A program made the position numbers and the translations under genes. Positions 12,292 to 25,650 of a stretch of 64,000 nt of DNA are shown piece by piece. The notes beneath the pieces are model-generated. The model was not told the origin of the DNA and searched no databases. It saw only the letters and a program-made list of their open reading frames with translations. The DNA comes from Octopus vulgaris (taxonomy: Eukaryota), in assembly GCA_951406725.2 (NCBI GenBank), contig OX597821.1:49786001-49850000 (forward strand), given 5' to 3'. The first letter of the stretch is position 1, and every line of letters begins with the position of its first letter.

Positions 12292-12469
12292 TACGTATGT
12301 GTGGACATATGTTCATATATATGCGCTTGTGTATGTATTTATGTACGTATATGCGTATATATATGCGTGTATTGCATTGTGTATTTACCACACAGCCACG
12401 CCTTCACCTATATATATATATATATATATAATATCATATTATATTATATTACATTATATTAGATTAGAG

Positions 12470-13045
12470 GAAAAAGCAAAACCAAGGTAGACCAACTATC
12501 TCAAGTTTAATTAGGGTTAGATGAATTTGAAGTTTTACATCCGTTTCTGGGATAACCCGAGTGGTAGGTTAGCAAGTGCGTGTAATGGGTGACCCATCAG
12601 AGACAAGGTATGAATATTTTCGACAGGGAAAATTTACAGTTTTCAAGGAATAAAATATATTCACATTTTATAAGCAATGAAATAGAAGAATAATGTAGTA
12701 AATAAAAGAATAAAAAGTGAAGGTAGAATACAGACGGGTGAATAATGTTTACAACCCATCTTTTTCCAGAGGATATGGATGTTGGTCCGTATTTCAGGCC
12801 CATAGTTAAAATCCCTGGTAAATCCAGGAGGTATTTTCGCAGTATTTAGAATGATGTAATCACATTGAAGCGATAGATAGTTGCAGTTGCAGTTATCTGT
12901 CCTACGCGGGTTATTAGTGGAAAGGGAAGATGCAGTACTATTTATAGAGAAATTAAAATTAAAGGAGTTATTAGGGGGTTGGCTCATATTATAATTATTG
13001 TTCTTGTTATTATTATTACTGTCATTGTTATTAGTAGTAATGGTA

Positions 13046-13099
<54 letters not shown>

Positions 13100-13621
13100 G
13101 TAGTAGTAGTAGTAGTAGTAGTAGTGGCGGTGGCGGCGGCAGTGGTGGTGGTGGTGGTGATCATCTTCGTCGTCATCGTCGTATTAGAATTATAAATTTT
13201 AGTATTAGTGGTGGTGCTATTAGTATCAACATTCGCCTCATAGGAAGCGGGGATCTTGGTTAATTCTGGTTGTAGTGCTAGGGTTGCGGGTGTAGTGAAT
13301 GTCATCAATGTTGGTATTAGTATTTTCATGGCTTTGACCTATGTTATGATTATATATATTTAGGTTGTAGGAATTAAGTTTATGTTTATTGGAAGAGGCA
13401 GCAATAGATTTTATACTGGGCGGAGAGGAGTAGGATAATTTTAGGTTAGATCTATTGAAGATTGAATGGTTTTTATGGTGACGTGAGAAGTTAGAGTCTA
13501 CTATTTGAAAGACGGTTTTGACTAAGCCTTTAACGTTTAAAGCGAATGGGGGTGTAAACCAGAGAATCGATCTAACCCCGTACCTATTCGTTTAGATCAC
13601 AAGTGAACTAAGCCCTTCGTG

Positions 13622-13625
<4 letters not shown>
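12470..13625 (-). mobile_element. Penelope-like retroelement 3' fragment (RT C-terminus, decayed GIY-YIG region, terminal repeat)
   Basis: Minus-strand translation of about 13580..13370: RSILWFTPPFALNVK...FNRSNLKLSYSSPPSIKSIAASSNK. Then CNC and ILWKK...YSP.C.L; decayed hammerhead at 12532..12604. TA-rich tracts on both flanks. Confidence 0.75.
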
Positions 13626-13698
<73 letters not shown>

Positions 13699-13714
13699 GT
13701 ATATGTATATGCAT

Positions 13715-13979
13715 ATAAAATAAAAATAAATGTGCCCTTTTAAAGCCTAGCCAGGCTCATGGGCCCGGTTTCCCGGTTTCTATGGCGTATGTGTCCCCCA
13801 GCTGGACGGCACGCCAGCCCATCGCAGCGTTACTCATTTTTGCCAGCTGAGTGGACGGGAGCAACGTGAAATGAAGTGTTTTGCTCAAGAACACAACGCG
13901 TCACTCGGTCCAGGAATCGAAACCACAATCTTACGATCATGGTGCTGACACCCTAACCACTAAGCCACGCGCCTCCACA
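13715..13979 (-). mobile_element. tRNA-derived SINE (head 2, tail X), copy 1 of a local duplication
   Basis: A box tggcttagtgg, B box ggtttcgattcc, central gctgcgatgggctggcgtgccgtccag motif. Confidence 0.8.
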
Positions 13980-14037
13980 CACACACACCACCAAACGGTA
14001 TACACAGGTGCTTATAATTATCAAGTACTCACCCCGA

Positions 14038-14095
<58 letters not shown>

Positions 14096-14111
14096 GTATA
14101 TGTATATGCAT

Positions 14112-14376
14112 ATAAAATAAAAATAAATGTGCCCTTTTAAAGCCTAGCCAGGCTCATGGGCCCGGTTTCCCAGTTTCTATGGCGTATGTGTCCCCCAGCT
14201 GGACGGCACGCCAGCCCATCGCAGCGTTACTCATTTTTGCCAGCTGAGTGGACGGGAGCAACGTGAAATGAAGTGTTTTGCTCAAGAACACAACGCGTCA
14301 CTCGGTCCAGGAATCGAAACCACAATCTTACGATCATGGTGCTGACACCCTAACCACTAAGCCACGCGCCTCCACA
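14112..14376 (-). mobile_element. tRNA-derived SINE (head 2, tail X), copy 2 of a local duplication
   Basis: Identical to 13715..13979 except for one substitution seen. Confidence 0.8.
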
Positions 14377-15637
14377 CACACACACACACACACGCACATA
14401 TATATACATATATCCCTAATTTAATCTATATATATGTATAGGCATACATATGTATGTATGATGTACATCAGTACACAATTGACGTGATGACCTCATTACA
14501 ATGAAACGAACAGGACTTTCGTAACAATCAATTGTTATTGTTTTTAAAAAAATGCATGTACATGTGTGTATGTTCGTGAAGTGAGTCAGTGAGCGCGAGC
14601 ATGTGGTGTATCTTTTCTACATTTGTTTTCTATGTACGTATCTACATATTTGTATATAAGTTGAAAAGATCTTTAATATTATAAATTGAGGGAAATCACA
14701 GTGGAATGAGAGAGCTTTTTCTAAAAGGAAAATCATTATTCTATGTATATATTTTGTGGAAGTTCTAATAATAGTTCCAAATTTTGGCACAAGGCCAGTA
14801 AGTTCAGGGAAATGGGGTAAGTCAATTACATTGACACTCGTGTTCAACTGATACTTATTCTATCAACCCTAAAAGGGATGAAAGGCAAAGTCAACCTCGG
14901 CGGGATTTGTACTCAGAGCGTAAGACGGCCAAAATGCTGGCGTGCTAACGATTTTATCAGTTCGCCGCCTCAGGCACTTTAACTGACAAACCTAAACCTG
15001 TAAAATAACATATTTATATCTGTAACGTTTTATTTATTTCAGTCATTGAACTGCAACCATACTGGGATACCAGCTTGAAGCCCCACCTCTTTTTTTTTTT
15101 TTATCTAGGGCTCAATCATGTGGTCATGGGTTCAGTTTCAGCCTCATTGTATAGCACCCAAAGCAAGTGTATTCGACTACAACTCCGATGCGACCAGCAA
15201 ATCTACATCAGTACTCATTCTTTTGCCGAACCGCTAAACAAGCCAACACCCATTGTCAAGCGGTTGTGGTGGTGGTGGTGGTGGTGGTGGGGTGGTGGTG
15301 GTGGTGGAATAAACACAACATAAGACACACACATAGATATGCCGTGACATGAGTGGATATAAATAACCTTTGACATTTTTAATCACGTTTACCTTAATAA
15401 ATCTACACCACATTTAAGTCAGTTACTGTATTGGTTATTGATTACGTCTAAAGATGCATAAGCACATGTCCATAGCTATCCGCTTGTCTTCAAGCTATCA
15501 AACTGTTTTTTCCTTAAAGCAAGGTCTTGATTTTTGAGATTATCTCCCTTTGCCACATGTTTATTTTTCTCACCAAGAGAATATAATTTCAATAAGTCAA
15601 GATATTTTTTGTGTGACATTTTATGTACCTTTACATT

Positions 15638-16023
<386 letters not shown>

Positions 16024-19000
16024 CATTTTCAATTATTTCATTTTTGTTTACATACACTCGTCTACACACACATACATATGCGGGAGCGCACAGACCATGT
16101 CAGGGACGTTTTTAATTATGTATACACAGTTAAAGCAAATATGGAACTGAATAATAACAACACCACGCACATCCATGCATAAATACACAGATACGAATGC
16201 ATTCACGGATGTCGACGACGTGAAAATGCAAGGATGGAAAATAAAATAAACAGATATAAAATACATAACAATTTTTTCATATAATGTATCCTAATCATAG
16301 CATGCATTTAATTTCTCTTATCTAGTGGGTTGGTACCAATATAACTTACACCACGAACAACCTTTATGAGGTAAGCTACGTGGACATCTTTCATACTTCA
16401 CTTAATGTTTTCATGAAAATATTGAACTAAGACACTATTTCAAACCGTAATTGCAAGCGAACGTACTAAGATATCTTGTATCAACATGTCGATGTACTGT
16501 CATGTATCTTCGTATTTCTTGTAACAACTATTATTATCGTTATGATATCTTCTCAGAGTGGATAAATATGCTTTCGTTCTAATTAACGTCGGAAGAGACA
16601 AAATGTAAGCAAAGCCAGGCAGTCGGAGTAGTATAGTTGTTTATTGAACGGATAGTCCTTTGATATATTCTGAAAACCGAGAAGGCAATTGAGAACGAGT
16701 CAGAGGAAGTGGGTATTAATTAGTCATGAGATGTAATTGGGCCGGATAAAATGTCAGTTTTAGTCAAACGTTCGTTTAATTTCCATCACTGAAAAAATAT
16801 TCTTACTCATTGATGCAATTTTAGGTAGGTTGAAAATGTTAGCTTTCAGCGATTGTTTACTAGAGGCTGTTAGAAGCTGCTTCAGCAGAAATGAGGAGGA
16901 TTTGGGTTAGAAGCTATTTATGATCTAAGTAGCTGTTATGTGATTCTTCATTCTGGAGATAATTAATTTGTCTCTTGAATTACTTAATGATGCTGGGTTG
17001 GCAGAGCTCCAAACCAAAGTTTACCTAGTTTTATTAGCAAAGATGGTTTAGTTTTGTCTGAAGCTGTTGAAAGTTATGTGATGTAATGCGATTGAAGAGA
17101 TTTAAATGTGGTTAGCTTTATGAAGGCCAACGTGGTTGGAAATGTTCAGAGAATCGAGGTCATTCACATAAAGGATATCGAGAATCCACACATGCCAAAA
17201 GCTATCAGTTTAAGAAGTGAAAAAAACCCCCCCCGAAAAACAACAACAAAAACATTATATACTTGGATTTTAACTAGAAGTTTTTACAAACATTTTGATT
17301 TAACTTCTTTGTATAAATGTTGCATTTTACCAGAATTATTATCCAAGCAACGAGAACTATTCACTTAAATATTTACATTACAGACACAAGGTCTCAAATT
17401 TGGGTGAATTGTATAACTGATTGTGATTTATGCCAACTCCTGACCGGGTCTTTATTTTATCGACCCAGTTCCTGGTCGGTACTCTATTTTATCGATCCAG
17501 CTCTAAACTGCTTTTTTGCTTTTTTAATTTTATTTTATCGACGAAAGTTTCTGGTTCGTATTCTATTTTATCGATCTAGTGCCTGGTTGGTACTCTATTT
17601 TTCAACCTAATTTCAGACTGATGCTTATTTTATCGATTTAGTTCCTGCCTGGTTCTCTGTTTTATGAAATCCCAGAAGGATGGAAGTCTATGTCAACCCT
17701 GTCGAAATTTAAGATCAATAATCAAGTAAACACCACGAGGCATTTTGTCCAACGTTTTAACTATTCTGCCAAATCACGGGATCGTCCGAACCAGGTTCTT
17801 AAGGTAGTTCTAAAATGTATAAGTTACATCAATGAATCGAAACCTGGTTGCAATTCTATTAACAAAAGTCTTAGCATTACAAAATGTCTTATCATTATGA
17901 AACTGCTAACGAGAAAATCTCTACGATAACTTGAACTACATAAAATAACAGTCAAATCTTCCTGAAACTTCACCCTACCGTCTTCCATGGAGAAGGGTGG
18001 AGAGGTCATAACCAGAACGCTTTTGATAGTAGGTCTGCTCACTCTGAGGTAACCTAGCACTAAACAACAACTGCTACTAAAAGCTTGTACTTGTAACTCC
18101 TTTTTTGCAGCAGGCAATTAGGAGTGATTCCTCCAGAGCACAAGAACGAGGGGGTGACTTTTAGGAGGCCGATCAGCCAACTTGAAGCAACAATTGAATT
18201 CCCTTGGAATCTTTAAGTATGATGGATACATTGTAGGATATATATTCTTAAATGCAGTGACTCTGAAAATTAAATGGGATAGTCATGTTTGGAACGCTTT
18301 GATCATAGGTCCGGTTGTTTGACTTAGAGTTGACCCGTGGCTATGCAGCATAAACAATAACAACAGCACTGTTAGAGACAGGGGCATAAGTTTACAATGT
18401 AAGATGGCTTATAGAAAACAAATGTTTTGACATGCCCTCCTGACATGGCGGGGGTCAGTAAATTCTAATGATTCTTTCATCAAGAATCCTAAATATAACC
18501 CAGCTGTCACGACGAAACACCAAACCAAAAATAATGGGAAATTTGATCTGTGCAAGCTGTGACAAGTATATTTATTTCTTAATATTATTCAAGAACATTT
18601 TGAAAAGGTTGATATATTAAAACTTTTATAGACCAGCCCGTACCGTTCAGCTAGATATATTCTGTATTCATGTTTACACAAAAGATTGTGGAACAAAATG
18701 CTGACTTTCAAGTCATGTTTTAAAAAATAATTTCCCCTATCTCCTCCATCTTTTTGGCAATATTATCTAAAGAAGATTACAGTAATATAGCAAGAAATAT
18801 CATAGCTATTGTTCTCCGCTTTTGAAAGTCAACAATTTTAAGGATCATTGGCCAAATGTTAAAAGTGTGATAAATCATCTCCAGGGGTCATTTACAATAA
18901 AATATAAATAAGAAATGAAATAAAGTTAAATATTACAAAACCTCGTTATGGTTTAAATAAGAATGCAAACACATTTTTTCTATAATATTGATCTACGCGG

Positions 19001-19129
19001 GAAAAAAAAGGTAGGAGTATACTCTCTTACGTATCTGGCTTGTTTCAACGATCAACAGCATATGTCTGCTGCTATATAAAACAGTCGTGAATTAATTTTT
19101 CTGATTTACTGCTTTGTGTGAAAATAGAT

Positions 19130-19900
19130 ACTTTAAAAAAGTATTTTATTATTTGCTTTGTATTGTTGAATAATTAGGATTCTCTCACACCATTACACTT
19201 GTTGTAACAATCCAGCCACTTCGTGAAGGCCCCGTGGAAATTCTCCAAAATGAAGGTATCCAGGACCCTTGTCACAACCTCCATCTTCTCAATGTCTTCA
19301 AAACGACTGGCCCCGGTGTTCTTTTCAGTTTGGAGAACAACCAAGACTTATGGGGAGCAAGGTTTGAACTCTAGGGAAGATAAAAGGCAGTTTTGAAGTC
19401 CATCTCCGTCACGTAGTTGCTTACCAGGATTCTTGTCACTGAGCAACATAGGAACAAACTTTGCACAAATTTTGCACATCTTCAGATCTTCATGAATAAT
19501 TGAATAATTCTGTGTAGTTACCACCAACACCAAACTGTATGCTTTTTACCTTTATTGACACGCATCGGTCTTTGCGAATTTTCCCAAACAGATATGATGT
19601 TCTGACGTCTCTCTCTCTCCATCTCACACGTTTCCTCATCTCACTTTTTTCTGCCGTCCTTGAGTTTTTGTGACAGCGAAAAAGTTAATCGACAAGCAAT
19701 CTGAAGTTTTTCATAAATTTCTGCAGCTTTTTGTGCAGTTTAGCACAAGACTTTGTCGCATGGACAGCTTTCCAATGTCCCGACTGCAGTCTGAAAATTA
19801 ATCAACCATGACAAGCAATGTTTAGCAGGATGTGTTCAACGTATTATTACAGCCGCCTCCTTCAATCTGGAATACCAAAAGTTGGCACGTCAGCTTATTA
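19130..19900 (-). mobile_element. Degenerate, internally deleted mariner element
   Basis: SIIHEDLKMCKICAKFVPMLLS, and a decayed YSPDLAP-DFWLFPKLK...RFEDIE region. Confidence 0.65.
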
Positions 19901-19919
19901 GATGTATAGTTATGATATA

Positions 19920-20420
19920 CAGTGATCCCTCGCTACTTCGCAGTTCAACTATCACAGATTCACGACTTTGCGGATTTTAAAAATATATATATGAACGCCT
20001 AAAATTGTTCATTAAATCTATTAAAATATTAATGATAAATATTACTTCCTAGTCTTGGAACAAAGAAAAAAAAACAGGCGTAAAATGGCAAAAAAGCATA
20101 TACAGGGGTATTTGAACTCAAGACGGGCTGGGATTGGCGCAATGGAGAGAGACGACGAATCACAGCTTTGTATTTTGTAATCTGGCCTGTGTAACAGTAA
20201 CAATCTTTATTTTGTTAAATCTAAAGTGTTACTGCTTAACAGTTGTCCTTGTTATTAATAGACTACTGTAATGGGTGGGTTGTTGACAGCACAGGGAGGG
20301 TTTTAAAAGTCCAAATACACGTTAAATAAACACTGTAAATATGATGTCCCTATTTCGCGGAAATTCAGTTATCACGGCCGGTCTCGGAACCAATCTACCG
20401 CGATAAACAAGGGATCACTG
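19920..20420. mobile_element. pogo/Tigger-type MITE
   Basis: TA|CAGTGATCCCTCG...CAAGGGATCACTG|TA: terminal inverted repeats with TA target duplication; 501 bp, no ORF. Confidence 0.85.
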
Positions 20421-20509
20421 TACTAAGATTACAATCATTTAGGACAGTTACAACAGCTTCTCCTATAAAAGTTTCAAAGCTTCAGGAATGCACTTCGTAT
20501 ATTAGTATC

Positions 20510-20810
20510 GCAATACCAAAGAATATTCAAAATACAAAGCATGCTTGAAGAAGAAGAAGAAGAAGAAGAAGAAGAAGAAGAAGAAGAAGAAGAAGAAGAA
20601 GAAGAAGAAGAAGAAGAAAGAATATTCTAATACCAAAGAATATAAGAACAAAGAATATTTGAACACCAAAAATTATTCGAATGCCAAAGAATATTTGAAC
20701 ACCAAAGAATATTGGAATAACAAAGAATATTCAAATTCCAAAGCATATTGAAATGCCAAGGAATATTCAAATTCCAAAAAGTATATCAACAACCGAAGAA
20801 TATTTTGAAT
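20510..20810. repeat. 18-bp imperfect minisatellite interrupted by (AAG)n
   Basis: Unit about aaagaatattcgaatacc, repeated roughly a dozen times. Confidence 0.8.
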
Positions 20811-21984
20811 ATCAAAGGGTACCAATCGTGTACTTTATTATACATGCACGTTCGTCCGTCGGAGCGACAAAGACCATCTTATCGTCCTTAAAGGATAACT
20901 GATGGCTTGTTCGGAGACTTTTTCGACACCATCGACTGCACTCTTTAGTCTGTAACCCTTCAAACCAGTGGCAAGACCAGGTCAATACAATTGGGGATGG
21001 AAACGGACGCAAGATGTCTTACTTGCCCCATATTGGTCTCTGTATTCCACAATGCGTTGCTGCAGCCACACTCGTCTCATTTGAACTATGTCGGTTTCTT
21101 CCGTAGAGTCCACCGATCCAATCTGTTCATGCATAGAATGGCAAGCCCTAACTCACCAAGATTTACCTCGTTGAGCTCGCTAGACGAAGAGTTTATTGGA
21201 GTGTAGCTGCCGTTGTATGCAAGCAACAACTTGGAGCCACAACTGGGCCCCAATTGTTGGATGCCAGGAGGAAGATCAAAGCGGACGAACCACTCCTGTG
21301 AGTGCGACGTATTCCCTCGTCACAAAGTACTATTCCCCCTGATACTCCATACACTTTAACTATAACAATAGACATAAAAACAATAATCAACCTTATACTA
21401 CATTTTCATAATCATTTGTGGTAATCATGAGAATGTATACATCGCAGAGAGAATGTCAGATTCCTCTTCCCCCACACGGCTTGCGAGTTTGCTACAAACA
21501 TTTTCAGCAGAACAATAACAAAAAACTTGTTCCAGAAAGTTTACTATCACTACTGTACTGACAATTCATTTAAAATATGAGGAATTTGGGCGTATTGTTT
21601 GTTAATACATAAAACAACATTGTTTTGGTGAATCTGTTTAATTATATAAAGCTCATGAGTCTAGCATGGCAACGGCGAGCAATACAGTTGCGTGGTGCAT
21701 ATCGAAGAACAAAGAATCTAGCAAAATGTCACTTAACATCGAAAATAGAACGTGTTAATAGAAACTTGGTAAAAAGTTAGAAATGTAAATACTACTTACT
21801 CCAATGTTAAACAATTATTGGTTTGTCCTTTCACAGATACATTTTCGTTGATTTAAAAGAAGAAAAAAAGAACAACAACACAAATGTTGAAATATTCAAC
21901 TGTTTTAACGGTCTATGAATGTGAGATAAATAAAACGATTAAATCTTTTAAAAAATCCATATTGCGATTGAAATCGAATCTACG

Positions 21985-22761
21985 TTATTTTTTATTGTGT
22001 GCGAAATAATGCTTGATTGATTTAATACCTTGCCGGCAGATGTCCACAGGTGGCCGCTCCATAGGGTTGCCGTCTAAAACAGCTGACGTATATATGAAGC
22101 TCCAGTCGAGTTTATCTAATTTCCCAAAACAACGCGGCAAGTTTGTGAGACAGTTTTCACCGAGCCAGAGGCAACGCAGTTCTGTCAGGTCACACAAAGT
22201 GTCAGGTAAGACATGAAGGCGGTTACGAAATAAAAGTAGTGTTTGGAGCGAATGTAGCTGACCTATAGAATGTGGAAGTTCAGAAATTTTGTTATCGCTC
22301 AAGTCTAGAAATTGAAGATTCTTCAGAATACAGATCTGGGGTGGAAACACAGAAAAGCTGTTATTGGCCAAGTGTAAGCTCTGCAGCTCATTCAATCGGT
22401 GGAATTGTGGTGGTAAAGAAGTTAGATAGTTATTACTCAGAGTTAAAATCTCCAAATGCGATAAATTGCTAATCTCGGGTGGTAAGTTCGTGAGTGCGTT
22501 GGTATCCAAGATCAGAATTCTGAGGTTTATTAACTGACCAATCTGTTTAGGTAGAAAATAAAGTTTGTAGTAAAGAGATGCCTCTCTGTCTGGTGAAAGA
22601 GACAGAACTTCAAGTTCAACCAAAGAGAAAATTGCAACAGGCAACTCATGAAGATCGCGTCCACGAACACGAAGTTTCTTGAAACCAAAAAAACTCGGGT
22701 CATCTGTTTCAACGAGACGGCGCAGGTGTGTGACTTCATCGATATTTGAACTAATATCCAT
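21985..22761 (-). CDS. Intracellular leucine-rich repeat protein (23-aa SHOC2/RSU1/PIRL-type repeats), uninterrupted 258-aa ORF
   Basis: Six canonical LxxLxxLxLxxNxLxxLPxxIxx repeats plus atypical flanking ones. C-terminal cap LDGNPMERPPVDICRQGIKSIKHYF. No stops or frameshifts in a region where every other ORF is decayed. No signal peptide or TM segment seen. Confidence 0.93.
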   Translation of the reverse strand: MDISSNIDEVTHLRRLVETDDPSFFGFKKLRVRGRDLHELPVAIFSLVELEVLSLSPDREASLYYKLYFLPKQIGQLINLRILILDTNALTNLPPEISNLSHLEILTLSNNYLTSLPPQFHRLNELQSLHLANNSFSVFPPQICILKNLQFLDLSDNKISELPHSIGQLHSLQTLLLFRNRLHVLPDTLCDLTELRCLWLGENCLTNLPRCFGKLDKLDWSFIYTSAVLDGNPMERPPVDICRQGIKSIKHYFAHNKK

Positions 22762-22765
22762 TGAT

Positions 22766-22790
22766 CTGTAGTGTTAGTTGAACAAAAGCA
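22766..22790 (-). promoter_or_regulatory. Putative 3' splice site directly upstream of the LRR ATG
   Basis: Minus strand gcttttgttcaaCTAACactaCAG|atcaATG: branch-point-like CTAAC and CAG acceptor; an in-frame TAA lies within this putative intron. Confidence 0.55.
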
Positions 22791-23337
22791 ATAATGAAGA
22801 ACACGGACGAATGTAGAAGTTTGATCTTGATAACGATAATTACTCGTAGAACGAATTAAATTTTAACAAGAAATAAAACTTTGATGATATGATTAACAAT
22901 TCCAGGAATGTCACTGGAGATAAGGACTAAGCGCAACTATTTGCTATCAAAGATAGTTATCTAACTACAATATTTTTAATATATTGTAGTCTGGGAAGGA
23001 CTATATATTCATATGAGTGTAATGATTCGTGGAATCATGTATTTATGAAAATGAATGAATGAATAAATGTATGCGTGTGTGTGTTTGTATGTGGAGTTGT
23101 GTGTATATATTGACAGCGTTGCTAAGATTTTCTCAGGCTTTTGTGCCAACTGGAAAAGTAAACAGTCAAACAAGGGTGGGGACTGTCTTGCAGACAGGAG
23201 GAGGTAGGGGGGCCAGAATGTGGGTGTTTGTATGGAAACTAATTAACTACAACTCTATAATTAGCCATTGGTGCTTGGTAATTTGGTGATAGGAACAATA
23301 AATTATGAACGTCGGCGAACTGGGGTAGAGCATGGTT

Positions 23338-23385
23338 GACAGCAGCAGCAGTAGCAGCAGCAGCAGTAGCAGCAGCAGTAGCAGC

Positions 23386-23444
<59 letters not shown>

Positions 23445-23456
23445 TAGTAGTAGTAG
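23338..23456. repeat. Compound (CAG)n/(TAG)n microsatellite
   Basis: Seen directly; (GAT)n follows at 23581..23649. Confidence 0.95.
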
Positions 23457-23579
23457 AAAGGTGAGCGATGTAAGTAGTGATAGTTGTGTCAAGCAGAAAT
23501 AACATTATCGGTTGTTAGTAGTACCAGCAGCATAGCAGTAAAACAAGTTGCTAGTTTTTGTTGTTGTTCTTGATAACGG

Positions 23580-23649
<70 letters not shown>

Positions 23650-25059
23650 CTTTTAACCCCGGATCAAAGACACAATTCATCTCAGATTATCTTATCCAAT
23701 GTGTAGAAATACTTCTGTTTTGCTTGCTTTTTATTTCTTTATTTCTTTTTTTTTTATTTTTTAAATGCGTGACCTGGAAGACATTTGGCTGCTGTTTCTA
23801 ACGATCACATACAGCCCAACTCACCACTCGCTTAGGCTCTCGATAGCAGCTGCAGCGGCGGTTACCCAGGATGAGCAGTTAAGGTTGATTACTGTGTCAG
23901 AAAAATGCAACTACTTACAGTATGTAGAAATAAAAACTCAATGAATTATAAAGAGATGTCAGTAAAAGAACAACGTCTACCTCTTAATGGTGCCAGATGG
24001 AAGGACTTAAGTTATCATCGTTCTACAATAATTGCAATTCAACTAACCGAGATATAGTTTCTTATACTGGCCTCTGTCACAATTTCTGGCGGGTATTTAT
24101 TTAAGCGATCATTACGAATGGTTGTGTAGGGTGGTATTGAGGTTTAACTCGACACAAATTGACGCATCGTTTTACACCAGAATGCACATATCTGTATTTG
24201 AATCTTTTATTTGTTTCGTTCATTGGACTGCGGTCATGCTGGAGTAACCGCCTTGACGGGTTTAATCGAATAAATCGATCCCTGTTTTTGCTTTTTGTAT
24301 TCTTTTTTGACTTTCCCCTTTTTTTCTTTATCTTTTTATTCTATCGGTCTCTCTCAAATGGGTGGGTGACAAACACAAATACGCACACACCCATACACAT
24401 ATACACACACAAGCACAGAAAAGAGCCATACATACACCCGTACATACAAACAGATAGACAGACAGACAAGCAGGATTGGGAGCTTTTTTTTTTCGCTAGT
24501 TTCAGCTCAGAGCTGCGGCCATGCTGATGCACCGCCGTAGTAGAAAATACCGCTAAGCATTTCGCCCGGCGTACTAACGTTTCTTATTTCTTTATTGCCT
24601 ACAAGGGGCTAAACAGAGAGGGGACAAACAAGGACAGACAAAGGGATTAAGTCGATTAGATCGGCCCCATTGTGTAACTGGTACTTAATTTATCGACTCC
24701 GAAAGGATGAAAGGCAAAGCGAACTCAGAACGTAACGGCAGACGAAATACTTACTTCTTTACTACCCACAAGGGGCTAAACACAGAAAAGACAAACAAGG
24801 ACAGACAAACGGATTAAGTCGATTACATCGACCCCAGTGTGTAATTTATCGACCTCGAAAGGATGAAAGGCAAAGTCAACCTCGGCGGAATTTGAACTCA
24901 GAACGTAACGGCAGATTAAATACGGCTACGCATTTCGCCCGGCGTACTAACGTTTCTACCAGCTCGCTGCCTTCCAAGTGCACCAATTATTATTGCTATA
25001 AATATAAATTCATAATCTGGATATGGAAGCTAGAGGTTTCGAAGCAGTTGTCCATAGTT

Positions 25060-25650
25060 ATCTTCTTTCTCTTTGATTTTCAAAAAGATATTCACACCAG
25101 CAGAACTGCTAACCTCTTTGACGATACATACTTTTTCTTGTGTTCCCAAATAACAATATCCGGCCTGTTATACTTACACTTGACAGATGTCTTGACGGGA
25201 ATGTTCCTCCAGTATTTCTTGCGCACGTATTCAATAGCACAGTAGAGCTGTTTCTCTACATATATTCCAAGGCAATCTTTTCCCGGATGGCATTGTATAT
25301 TGCTTTTGCGACAACGTCGAGTCGCATAGTACGACCGTGATAACATTTTTGGGTAGCAGCTAATCACGTGTGATGTCTTCGGTAGAAATATGACAAAATC
25401 TATATTTACAGTTGCATTTTGGAACCCCAAAGGCTTTACTGTCTCTTTTATTTATTAGGTATGTAGTAGCAATTTCCTGTTCTTGGATTGCAAATGCATA
25501 AGTTTTGAAGTGTGATGTGATGTAGTGGTCACGAATCCAAGAGAGGCTTCACTTCATATCAATGTCATTGTTATCTTCAAGTCTTTGGGAAACATGTATG
25601 ATCATTTTTAGGTATGCTGAGCATTTCACTTCCAAATCTTTGAGTCATCT
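25060..25650 (-). mobile_element. Degenerate R4/Dong-like RLE LINE fragment
   Basis: FAIQEQEIATTYL, HVISCYPKML, YWRNIPVKTSVKCKYNRPDIVIW; same family as 59290..60440. Confidence 0.8.

Noticed and set aside
12661-13329. 222-aa Thr/Asn-rich ORF as a cellular gene
   Set aside because: Lies within a Penelope-like fragment and is mostly triplet repeats.
16560-17215. Possible very old CR1/L2-type LINE remnant (also about 31860..32150)
   Set aside because: Only faint motif echoes; not supportable by eye.
20812-21350. GC-richer segment resembling an RTE 3' end
   Set aside because: No unambiguous motif or second copy in the window.
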